From: Planctomycetota bacterium
GTDB lineage: Bacteria > Planctomycetota > B15-G4
NCBI GenBank assembly: GCA_038212275.1
Contig: JBBQUR010000001.1
Span: 128,001 to 192,000 of the forward strand
Reading direction: 5' to 3'
DNA: 64,000 bases
Made by a program: the position numbers and the translations under genes. The notes under the pieces were generated by a model. The model searched no databases, was not told the DNA's origin, and saw only the letters and a program-made list of their open reading frames with translations. This document shows, one piece after another, positions 49,760-60,200 of the stretch (position 1 is the stretch's first letter; every line of letters starts with the position of its first letter).

Positions 49760-50611
49760 ATGATCGCCAGCGTCGCCGTCATCGGCTCGGGCACCATGGG
49801 CAACGGCATCGCGCAGGTGCTGGCCCAGAAGGGCAAGCGCGTCACGCTCGTGGACATCGAGGACGCGCGGCTCGACAAGGCCATGAAGGCCATCGAGGGC
49901 AGCCTGCAGCGCGTGGCGAAGAAGGGCGGGCTGCCGGAAGGCGAGATCCCGTCGGTGCTCGCCCGCATCGGCCGCAGCACGAGCGTGGCCGAGGCGGCGG
50001 CCGGCGTCGAGCTGGTCATCGAGGCCGTCTCCGAGAACCTCGAGCTCAAACAGCGCCTCTTCACGCAGCTGGACGCCGCGGCTCCCCCGGCGACGATCCT
50101 CGCGAGCAACACCTCGTCCATTTCGATCACGCTGCTCGCCGCGCGGACGAAGCGCGCGGACCGCGTCATCGGCATGCACTTCATGAATCCGGTGCCGGTC
50201 ATGAAGCTTGTCGAGATCATTCGCGGACTCGACACGAGCGACGAGACGACGGCCACCGTGAACGGGCTCGCCGAGGAACTGGGCAAGGTGGCCGTGCCCG
50301 CGAACGACTTTCCGGGCTTCGTGAGCAACCGCGTGCTCATGCCCATGATCAACGAGGCGATCTTCTGCGTGATGGAGGGCGTCGCTCAGCCCGCGGCCAT
50401 CGACGAGATCATGAAGCTGGGCATGGCCCACCCGATGGGGCCGCTCGCACTGGCCGACCTGATCGGCCTCGACACCTGCCTGTCCATCATGGAGGTGCTG
50501 CAGCGCGACCTCGGCGACAGCAAGTACCGGCCCTGCCCGCTGCTGAAGAAGATGGTGGCCGCGGGTCACCTCGGCCGCAAGACGGGCCGCGGATTTCATA
50601 CCTACACCTGA
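49760..50611 (+). CDS. hbd: 3-hydroxybutyryl-CoA dehydrogenase
   Basis: Motifs [34 protein letters not shown]. Confidence 0.94.
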   Translation: MIASVAVIGSGTMGNGIAQVLAQKGKRVTLVDIEDARLDKAMKAIEGSLQRVAKKGGLPEGEIPSVLARIGRSTSVAEAAAGVELVIEAVSENLELKQRLFTQLDAAAPPATILASNTSSISITLLAARTKRADRVIGMHFMNPVPVMKLVEIIRGLDTSDETTATVNGLAEELGKVAVPANDFPGFVSNRVLMPMINEAIFCVMEGVAQPAAIDEIMKLGMAHPMGPLALADLIGLDTCLSIMEVLQRDLGDSKYRPCPLLKKMVAAGHLGRKTGRGFHTYT

Positions 50612-50692
50612 CGAACTGACGACGGATCGAAGCGACGGATCGAGACGTCGGCACGCAACGACGGCGACGCACGCGCGCCACGGAGTATCAGC

Positions 50693-51823
50693 TTGGATTT
50701 CGAACTGGACGAACAGCTCCTGCTGATCCGCAAGACGGCACGCGAGTTCGCGGACGCCGAGGTGGCGCCGACGGCGGACCGCCGCGACCGCGAGCACAGC
50801 TTCCCGCGCGCCGAATTCGATGCGGCGGCTGAACTGGGTTTCGCCGGCATGCTCGTGCCGGAGGAGTTCGGCGGCAGCGGCCTGGGCACGATGTCGCTTG
50901 CGATCGTGATCGAGGAGATCTCGCGCGCCTGCGCCTCGACCGGCGTCACGCTGTCGGTGCACAACAGTCTGGCGTGCAGCCCGATCGTGCGGCACGGCAC
51001 GCCGGAGCAGAAGCGCGCCTGGCTGCCGCGGCTCGCCTCCGGCGAGTTGCTCGGCGCCTACGCGCTCTCCGAGGCGAACGCCGGCAGCGACGCTGCCGCG
51101 CTGCGCTGCAAGGCGCGGCGCGACGGAGACTCCTGGGTCCTGGATGGCACCAAGCTCTGGATCACCTCGGGCAACGAGGCCGATCTCATCATCGTGTTCG
51201 CGCGCTCCGACGCCGGCATCACGGCCTTCCTCGTGCCCACGGACAGCAAGGGTTTCTCGGTCGGGAAGGTCGAGGAGAAGCTCGGCATCCGCAGCAGCAG
51301 CACGGTGGAGGTCATCCTCGACAACGTGCGCCTGCCGGCGGACCACCTGCTCGGCGTGGAGGGCAAGGGTCTCAACATCGCCTTCGACACGCTGGACGGC
51401 GGGCGCATCGGCATCGCCGCGCAGGCGCTGGGCATCGCCCAGGCGAGCCTCGACGCGTCGCTGCTCTATGCGAGCCAGCGCGAACAGTTCGGCGTGGCCA
51501 TCGGCCGTTTCCAGGCAGTGCAGTTCAAGCTCGCGCAGGTGTCGGCCGACCTCGCCGCGGCGCGGTGGATGACGTGGCGCGCCGCGTGGCTGCGCGACCA
51601 CGGCCGCCCGCACACGCTCGAAGCCGCGCAGGGCAAGCTGCTCGCCAGCCAGGTGGCCAATCGCGCCGCCGACGAGGCCGTGCAGATCCACGGGGGCGCC
51701 GGCTACACGACGGAGTTCCCCGTCGCGCGCTACTTCCGCGACGCACGCATCACGGAGATCTACGAGGGCACCTCGGAGATCCAGCGACTCGTCATCGCAA
51801 GAAAGCTCATGGCCGGCTCATGA
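50693..51823 (+). CDS. Short-chain (butyryl-type) acyl-CoA dehydrogenase
   Basis: Motifs LSEANAGSD, GTKLWIT, KLGIR, REQFG, QIHGGAGY, IYEGTSEIQ. GGAG RBS before a TTG start. Confidence 0.93.
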   Translation: MDFELDEQLLLIRKTAREFADAEVAPTADRRDREHSFPRAEFDAAAELGFAGMLVPEEFGGSGLGTMSLAIVIEEISRACASTGVTLSVHNSLACSPIVRHGTPEQKRAWLPRLASGELLGAYALSEANAGSDAAALRCKARRDGDSWVLDGTKLWITSGNEADLIIVFARSDAGITAFLVPTDSKGFSVGKVEEKLGIRSSSTVEVILDNVRLPADHLLGVEGKGLNIAFDTLDGGRIGIAAQALGIAQASLDASLLYASQREQFGVAIGRFQAVQFKLAQVSADLAAARWMTWRAAWLRDHGRPHTLEAAQGKLLASQVANRAADEAVQIHGGAGYTTEFPVARYFRDARITEIYEGTSEIQRLVIARKLMAGS

Positions 51824-52790
51824 CGGTGGCGGCCGGTGCGGATCTCCTCGGCAGGGTGCGCGCGGGCGAGGCGCTGGCCTGCGCGCGACTCATGAGCCTC
51901 GCGGAGCGCGGGGACAGCCGCTTCGTGGCCGAATACGCGCGCTTCCACCAGGAACTCGGCCGTGCGCGGCGCTACGGCATCACCGGGCCGCCGGGCGCGG
52001 GCAAGAGCACGCTCGTCGAGGGGCTCGCGCTGCACTGGCGCGCGCTGCAACGCAGCGTCGGCGTGGTAGCCGTGGACCCGACGAGTCCGTTCTCCGGCGG
52101 CGCGCTGCTGGGTGACCGCGTGCGCATGAGCCGGCTCGCGCTCGATCCGGGCGTGTTCATCCGCTCGATGGCGACGCGCGGCGTCTTCGGCGGCCTCGCG
52201 CGCGCCAGCGACGACGTCGTCGACGTGCTCGACATCTACGGGAGCGACACGATCCTCATTGAGACCGTCGGCGTCGGACAGAGCGAAGTGGACATCGCGC
52301 GCTCCGCCGACCTCACCGTCGTCGTGCTGCATCCTGGCGGCGGCGACACGATCCAGGCGATGAAGGCCGGACTCATGGAGGTCGCCGACATCTACCTGGT
52401 GAACAAGGCGGACATGCCCGGCCTCGACCGCCTCGTCGAGCAGCTCACGGACATCCTCGACCTGCGCGACATGCCGATGGCCGAGCGCCCGCCGATCCTC
52501 ACGGCCGTGGCCTCGACGGGCGAGGGAGTACCGGCGCTCGCCGACGAACTCGACCGCATGCACGCCGCGCGGCAGGCCAGCGGGGCTCTCGCGCGGCGAC
52601 GCGCGGACAACCTCGAGAAGCGCGTGCGCCGCCTCGTCGAAGGCCGCCTGCGGCATGATATCTGGGAGGCTCTCGGCCTGGCCGAGACGCTCAGCCAGCG
52701 CATCGCGCAGATCGGACCGCATTCGGCCTGGAGCCTGGCCGACGAAATCCTCGACAGCTATCGCCGACGTCGCCCACCGGAGACTCACGC

Positions 52791-52794
<4 letters not shown>
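51820..52794 (+). CDS. meaB: Acyl-CoA mutase-associated GTPase
   Basis: Motifs GPPGAGKST, DPTSPFSGGALLGDRVRM, ETVGVGQSE, NKAD. Confidence 0.95.
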
Positions 52795-54452
<1,658 letters not shown>

Positions 54453-54479
54453 TCGACCACAGGGAGCAAGGCACCTGAC

Positions 54480-54899
54480 ATGGACACACCGATACGCGTG
54501 CTCGTCGCGAAGCCCGGCCTCGATGGCCTCGACCGCGGCGCCAAGGTCGTCGCCGCCGCACTGCGCGACGCCGGCATGGAGGTCATCTACGGAGGGCTGC
54601 ACCAGACTCCGGAGGCCATCGCCGAGATGGCCATCCAGGAGGACGTGGACGCCGTCGGGCTGTCCGTGCTCTCGGGCGCGCACATGCACCTTTTTCCGCG
54701 CGTGGTGAACCTGCTGACGAAAGCCGGCGCCGGGCACATGCTCGTCACCGGCGGCGGCATCATTTCCGCCGAGGACATGACGGAACTCACGAAGCTGGGT
54801 GTCGGCCGGCTCTTCGGTCCCGGCGCGACGCTGAAGGAACTCGTCGAATACATCCGTGCGGAAGTCGGCCGCCGTCGTGCGGCCGCGAGGAGTGTCTGA
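54480..54899 (+). CDS. icmB: Cobalamin-binding small subunit of acyl-CoA mutase (His-to-Leu change in DxHxxG)
   Basis: Motifs [30 protein letters not shown]. Confidence 0.85.
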   Translation: MDTPIRVLVAKPGLDGLDRGAKVVAAALRDAGMEVIYGGLHQTPEAIAEMAIQEDVDAVGLSVLSGAHMHLFPRVVNLLTKAGAGHMLVTGGGIISAEDMTELTKLGVGRLFGPGATLKELVEYIRAEVGRRRAAARSV

Positions 54900-54900
54900 C

Positions 54901-55299
54901 ATGGCTGGCCATCCCAGAAAGACCACGCCCAATCCGATGCCCGATCACGAGATCCTGAACATCGACGGAGCGGCCGCCTTCCTCGGCGTGAGCGTGAAGA
55001 CCTTCAGCAAGGTGCTGCGCGAGGGCGACGTTCCCGGCCGCAAGGTCGGGCGCGAGTGGAAGTTCTCGCGCCAGGCGCTGGTGGATTGGGTGGGGAGTCG
55101 CACCGCGCGCGATTTCCTCGACGGCAGCGACGACACGGGGGACGACGACGCGACGCCGTCGAGCCCGCGTGATGGCGCGCCGCAGCCCGGCCGCGGACGT
55201 CCGGGCGGCGGGAACGGCGCCGGTGGCACGACCGCGCGCGAGTCGGGCGGCTCGCGCCGCAAGAAGGTGAACGACGGCTTTTCGGTGGACGAGATCTGA
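54901..55299 (+). CDS. Excisionase-like (HTH_17) DNA-binding protein
   Basis: EILNIDGAAAFLGVS...VPGRKVGREWKFSR, followed by a disordered tail. Confidence 0.82.
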   Translation: MAGHPRKTTPNPMPDHEILNIDGAAAFLGVSVKTFSKVLREGDVPGRKVGREWKFSRQALVDWVGSRTARDFLDGSDDTGDDDATPSSPRDGAPQPGRGRPGGGNGAGGTTARESGGSRRKKVNDGFSVDEI

Positions 55300-56462
55300 T
55301 GCCCGCGATCCTGGACCTTCCCGTCAGCGAGGAGCAGGAGATGCTCCGCGCCACGGTGCGCGAGTTCGCGCGCGCGGAGCTCCTTCCTCAAGCGATCGAG
55401 ATCGATCGGGACGCGCGCTTCCCGGTGGACACGTTCCGCAAGCTGGCGGAGCTCGGCATCCTCGGTCTGCCCATCCCCGAGGAGTACGAGGGCGCCGGCG
55501 TGGACAGCCAGACCACCGTCATGGTCGTCGAGGAACTTGCCAGGGTGTGCGGTTCCACGGCGCTGGGCGTCGCGGCGCACACCTCGCTCTGCCTGTGGCC
55601 GATCTACGCGTTCGGCACCGAGGAGCAGCGCCGCCGCTACGTGCCGGACCTCGCGTCCGGTCGCAAGCTGGGCGCCTTCGGCCTGACCGAGCCCAATGCC
55701 GGCAGCGACTCGGGCGGCACCCGGACGATGGCCGTGCGCGACGGCGACAGCTACGTCCTCAACGGCAGCAAGATCTTCATCACCAACGCCAACTACGCGG
55801 GGACCTTCGTGGTCACCGCGGTGACCGATCGGACGCGCGGCACGCGCGGCGGCATCAGCTCGTTCATCCTCGAGCGCGGCATGCCGGGCTTCGTCATCAA
55901 CAAGGGCGACGAAAAGCTCGGCATGCGCGGCAGCGACTGGGGCGAACTCTCGTTCCAGGACTGTCGCGTCAGCGCGGCCAACCGGCTCGGCGGCGAAGGC
56001 CAGGGTTTCGCCAACTTCATGAAGACGCTCGACGGCGGCCGCATCGGGATCGGCGCGCTGGCGCTGGGCCTCGCGGAGGGCGCCTGCGAGCGCAGCGTGA
56101 AGTTCGCGCAGGAGCGCGTGGCCTTCGGCAAGCCCATCGCGGAACAGCAGTCGCTGGCCTTCAAGCTCGCCGACATGGCCGTCGGCATCGAAGCCGGCCG
56201 GCTGCTCGTGCGCAACGCCGCGCAGCTCCGCGACGCGGGCAAGGCCTACTCGCGAGAGGCGGCCATCGCAAAACTCTTCTGTTCGGAGATGGCCATGAAG
56301 GTCACCTTCGATGCGATCCAGGTGCATGGTGGTTGTGGATTCACCACCGAGTACCACGTGGAGCGCATGTACCGTGATGCCAAGCTTTGCACCATCGGCG
56401 AGGGGACGAGCGAGATCCAGCGCATCGTCATCAGCCGCGACATTCTGAAGGACGGAACGTGA
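55299..56462 (+). CDS. Acyl-CoA dehydrogenase
   Basis: Motifs LTEPNAGSD, GSKIFITN, KLGMRGS, QVHGGCGF, IGEGTSEIQ. Confidence 0.93.
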   Translation: MPAILDLPVSEEQEMLRATVREFARAELLPQAIEIDRDARFPVDTFRKLAELGILGLPIPEEYEGAGVDSQTTVMVVEELARVCGSTALGVAAHTSLCLWPIYAFGTEEQRRRYVPDLASGRKLGAFGLTEPNAGSDSGGTRTMAVRDGDSYVLNGSKIFITNANYAGTFVVTAVTDRTRGTRGGISSFILERGMPGFVINKGDEKLGMRGSDWGELSFQDCRVSAANRLGGEGQGFANFMKTLDGGRIGIGALALGLAEGACERSVKFAQERVAFGKPIAEQQSLAFKLADMAVGIEAGRLLVRNAAQLRDAGKAYSREAAIAKLFCSEMAMKVTFDAIQVHGGCGFTTEYHVERMYRDAKLCTIGEGTSEIQRIVISRDILKDGT

Positions 56463-58642
56463 GCACAACCAGCGGACTCCTGCGCCCGGAACACACTCTC
56501 TCGGAGGTTGCCTCCGGTGGAAGCCTCGCCGATCTCGAAGCCGCGTGGCTCGAGGCACTCGTGCAGCCGGCGCCCGCGGAGCGCTTCCTCGATGCGCTGG
56601 CCGCCGTGCCTGACGGCCTGCGCGGCAACACCGCCGTCTCGCTGCTGCTGCTGCTGCTCGAGGCCTGCGAGAAGCACGACGCGCACCGCGACACGGTGGA
56701 AGTCGTGCGCGCCCTGCACCCGTACCGCCAGCAGAAGGTGGACCTGCGCCTCCCGCTGCAGAAGGCGCTGGACGGCCTGCACGGCACGGAGCCGTGGTAC
56801 GAGCTGTTCGCCGAGCTCTCGGAGCTGAGGGAGTCGCGAGGCGACATGCTCGATGCTCTCGATCGCTTCCAGCGCCTCGCGCGCCTTGCGCCGGGCTGCG
56901 TCGTCTATCACCGCAGCGGCTGGGGCGAAGGCCTCATCGTCGCGCACGATCTGGCCTCGCGCAGCTTCTCCGTGAGGTTCCGCGAGGACGGGAACACGCG
57001 CAGCATGCCCTTCGCCACGGGCCTCGACGTCCTGCAGCCGCTCGACCGCACGGACCTGCGCGCGCGCCTGCTCACCGACCTCGCCGGCCTGCAGCGCGAG
57101 GCCGAGGACACGCCCGAGCGCCTGCTCCAGGCCGTCGCCCGCCTGCACAAGGGGCGCGCCGCGGTGAAGGAGATCAAGCAGTGGTTGTGCGGCACGGTGA
57201 TCGAGGAGAAGTCCTGGAACAACTGGTGGAAGAAGGCCAAGGTCGCGGCGGCGCGTGATCCCTTCCTGGCCGTCGAGAACCCGGCCCGGCCGGTGTTCGT
57301 GCTGCGCCAGCGTGCGCTGACGCCGCTGGAGGAGATGCGCTCCGCGATGAAGCGGGCGACGAAGCTCTCCGAGCTGCTGTCGGTCGTGCTCGGGCCGCTC
57401 TCGCTGGATCCCGACACCGAGGTGCGCGCGCTCATGCTCGACGAGCTGGCCGCACGCGTGGAGGTCGCGCCGGACGGGCCCGGCAAGGTCGAAGGCGCCC
57501 TGCTGCTCGTGCGCCACGGCGTCAAGCCGGCGGAGTTCGCCGCCCGGATCGTCGACAACACGGTGGGCACGGGCCCCAACCTGGCGGCGCTCATGGACTC
57601 CCTGAGCGATGCCACCCTGCGACGTGAGGCGCTCGATGCCTTCATCAGCGCACGCCCGCTGCTCTGGAGCGATGCGTTGCTGCCCGAACTTTCGGGCCTG
57701 TCGCCGCAGCTTCTGGACACGGCGGCGGACCGGCTGCTCGCCGCCGGGCGCGGGGATGCGCTCGCCAACCGCTTCCACATCTTCCTGCTGTCTCCAAGCA
57801 GGCATCCCGCGGCCGTGATGCGGCTTGCGAAGCGCTTCGCGGCGGGGATGTTCGACGGCGTGAACGGCGCGCCGTCGCTGACGGAGGTCTTCATGGGGGC
57901 ACTGCACCTCGGCGAGACCCAGGCGCCGAAGGCGGAGCGCGGTGACAAGCCCGCCAAGGAAATCATGCGCACGCTGGTGGAGGTGCTGCTTGCGCGCAAG
58001 GGCGGGCTCGTCGCGCCCTTCGCCAAGGCCGGCACGCGCAGCGACCTCGCCGCCGCCATGGGCGTGCTGGTGCGCTGCCGCCGCATGCCGGACGACATCG
58101 TCGCCGGCCTGCGCCACGCGGTCGAGGCACGCTTCCCGGATCTCGCCCCGAAGGAGGAGATCCCGTTCTGGCAGACCACCGGCATCTTCTCCACGCGCGA
58201 TGGCATCCAGCGTCGGCAGGAGGAGTACCGCGTGCTCACCCAGGAGAAGATCCCGGCCAACAGCACCGACATCGGACGCGCCGCGAGCTACGGCGACCTC
58301 TCCGAGAACTTCGAGTGGACCGCAGCCATCGAGCAGCAGCGTCAGCTCACCGAGAAGGCCGTCGCGATGGAGGCCGAACTGCGCCTCGCGCAGCCCATCG
58401 AGGACCAGACGCTGGAGCCGGGCGTCGTGTCGCCGGGCACGCGCGTCACGTTCAAGCAGGACGGCACCGAATCCACGATGCTGATCCTCGGGCCCTGGGA
58501 CATCGGGGACGGCATCGTGAGCTACCGCGCGCCGCTGGCGGCAGGAATGCTCGGCGCGCGCGCCGGTGAGACGGTCTCCGTGGACCTGCCCTCGGGCCAG
58601 GCCTCCGTCGAAGTGAAGCGAGTCGAGCCCGCGTTCGGGTGA
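56459..58642 (+). CDS. greA: GreA/GreB elongation factor with a ~570-aa N-terminal extension
   Basis: C-terminal AASYGDLSENFEW, ILGPWD, SYRAPLA. GTGA overlap with the upstream gene. Confidence 0.85.
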   Translation: MSTTSGLLRPEHTLSEVASGGSLADLEAAWLEALVQPAPAERFLDALAAVPDGLRGNTAVSLLLLLLEACEKHDAHRDTVEVVRALHPYRQQKVDLRLPLQKALDGLHGTEPWYELFAELSELRESRGDMLDALDRFQRLARLAPGCVVYHRSGWGEGLIVAHDLASRSFSVRFREDGNTRSMPFATGLDVLQPLDRTDLRARLLTDLAGLQREAEDTPERLLQAVARLHKGRAAVKEIKQWLCGTVIEEKSWNNWWKKAKVAAARDPFLAVENPARPVFVLRQRALTPLEEMRSAMKRATKLSELLSVVLGPLSLDPDTEVRALMLDELAARVEVAPDGPGKVEGALLLVRHGVKPAEFAARIVDNTVGTGPNLAALMDSLSDATLRREALDAFISARPLLWSDALLPELSGLSPQLLDTAADRLLAAGRGDALANRFHIFLLSPSRHPAAVMRLAKRFAAGMFDGVNGAPSLTEVFMGALHLGETQAPKAERGDKPAKEIMRTLVEVLLARKGGLVAPFAKAGTRSDLAAAMGVLVRCRRMPDDIVAGLRHAVEARFPDLAPKEEIPFWQTTGIFSTRDGIQRRQEEYRVLTQEKIPANSTDIGRAASYGDLSENFEWTAAIEQQRQLTEKAVAMEAELRLAQPIEDQTLEPGVVSPGTRVTFKQDGTESTMLILGPWDIGDGIVSYRAPLAAGMLGARAGETVSVDLPSGQASVEVKRVEPAFG

Positions 58643-58817
58643 TGACGCGGAGTCACCGGTGAGCGAGGGCGGCGAATCCGGCGAACCCGAAGCGCAGAAG
58701 ACGGGCGGGCCGTCGCCCGCGGAGGTCCGTGCGGCGGCGGAGATCGCCGGCAGTCATCGCGTGAGCAGGCCGGGTCCCGAGCCCGACCTGCCGCCCGCGG
58801 GCAGCGATCACGGCAGG

Positions 58818-60191
58818 ATGGCGCAGCGCCCGTCGCAGGATTTCTGGCGCGCTCTCTACGAGCGCCGCACGACCCGCCGCTTCGACCCGACCCGGCCGGT
58901 GCCGCGCGAGATCGTGCTCGAACTCCTCGACGCGGCGCTCATTGCGCCCACCTCGTGCAACCTGCAGATGTGGGACTTCGTGGTCGTGGACGATCCGGAC
59001 CAGCGCGAGAAACTAGGCCGGCTCTCGCTGCAGGTGCTCTCGACGCCGGTGTCGATCTTCGTCGCGTACGGCAAGGAGTACAGCGAGGAGGGGCACGCCA
59101 ACGTGCAGAGCGCGGCGGCCGCACTGATGAACATGTCGCTCGCGGCGCACGTGCTCGGCATGGGCACCTTCTGGATCAACCAGCTGGGACCGCGGGACGA
59201 GGTGGGCCGCATTCTGGGGCTGCCGCCGGACCGTGAGGTCGTGGCCGCGCTTGCCGTGGGCTGGCCGAAGACGTATCCGGGCGTCGCGCCGAAGCGCCGG
59301 CGCTTCGAGCACGTCGTGCACTGGAACCACTTCGGCGGGCGGCCGATCCCGAGTTCGCCGAGGCCGCGTGACTGGGGCCTCGACCTCATCCGCGACTACC
59401 AGCACGCGCGCGTGCTCAACGGCAATCGCTACAACAAGAGCCGTCCGTGGGAGCTGGACGCGGCGCTCGCCGCCGCCGACCGCCTGGCGCCGCGCAACGA
59501 AACCGCCGTGCCTGGCGACGACGCCCCGACCTGGCTCGACGTGCTGCCCGTGCACGGTGCCTTCACCGGCGCGATGGCGCGCGCGCATCGCGACCATCGC
59601 TGGACGGTGCTCGAGCTGTCGCGCGACGTGGCGCAGTTCGCCGCGAAACGCTGCCCCGGGCAGGTGCAGTGCGCGGCCCTCGTCTACGAGAGTACCGACG
59701 TGGAGGCGCTGCCCGAGTCGGCCTTCGATCGCATCACGCTGCTGAACAGGCTCGAGGCGCTGCCGCCGCCGGAGCGCCAGCTGCTGCTGGCCTGCCTGCA
59801 GCGGATGCTCAAGCCCGACGGCCGCATGGTGCTGCAGTACGTGAGTCGCCGCAGCTTTCACGGGCTTGCCGACTGGTTGCACGAGCGCCGCGGCGGCCCC
59901 GGCGGCGTGGAGTACGTGCTGGCGCCCGATCCCAACCTCGGTCCCTTTCAGGCGCTTTCACCGGGCGAGGTGGCGCTGCTCGTCCAGCGCTCGGGTTTCC
60001 GCGTCGTGGAGAGCACCGCGGCCGATGCCGTGCCGGCGCGCACCGAAGTCGAATTCCGCACGCGCAACATGCGCGGCGTCCGGCGCCTCATGGTGCGGGG
60101 CGTGGTCGGAGTCTGCCGGCTGCTGGCCGCGATACCGGGCGTTACCGCGCTCCTCGGCCGCACGCGCACGCTGGTGCTGCAGCGCGCCTGA
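58818..60191 (+). CDS. Nitroreductase fused to a class I methyltransferase-like domain
   Basis: RRTTRRF and APTSCNLQMWDF; C-terminal WLDVLPVHG...LELS...FDRITL...LKPDG. Start at ATG 58818 or GTG 58659. Confidence 0.8.
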   Translation: MAQRPSQDFWRALYERRTTRRFDPTRPVPREIVLELLDAALIAPTSCNLQMWDFVVVDDPDQREKLGRLSLQVLSTPVSIFVAYGKEYSEEGHANVQSAAAALMNMSLAAHVLGMGTFWINQLGPRDEVGRILGLPPDREVVAALAVGWPKTYPGVAPKRRRFEHVVHWNHFGGRPIPSSPRPRDWGLDLIRDYQHARVLNGNRYNKSRPWELDAALAAADRLAPRNETAVPGDDAPTWLDVLPVHGAFTGAMARAHRDHRWTVLELSRDVAQFAAKRCPGQVQCAALVYESTDVEALPESAFDRITLLNRLEALPPPERQLLLACLQRMLKPDGRMVLQYVSRRSFHGLADWLHERRGGPGGVEYVLAPDPNLGPFQALSPGEVALLVQRSGFRVVESTAADAVPARTEVEFRTRNMRGVRRLMVRGVVGVCRLLAAIPGVTALLGRTRTLVLQRA

Positions 60192-60200
60192 GGCGGCCCG

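Noticed and set aside
54901..55299. Prophage or integrative element excisionase
   Set aside because: No integrase, phage genes, tRNA target or compositional shift; the gene is tightly embedded in a metabolic operon.
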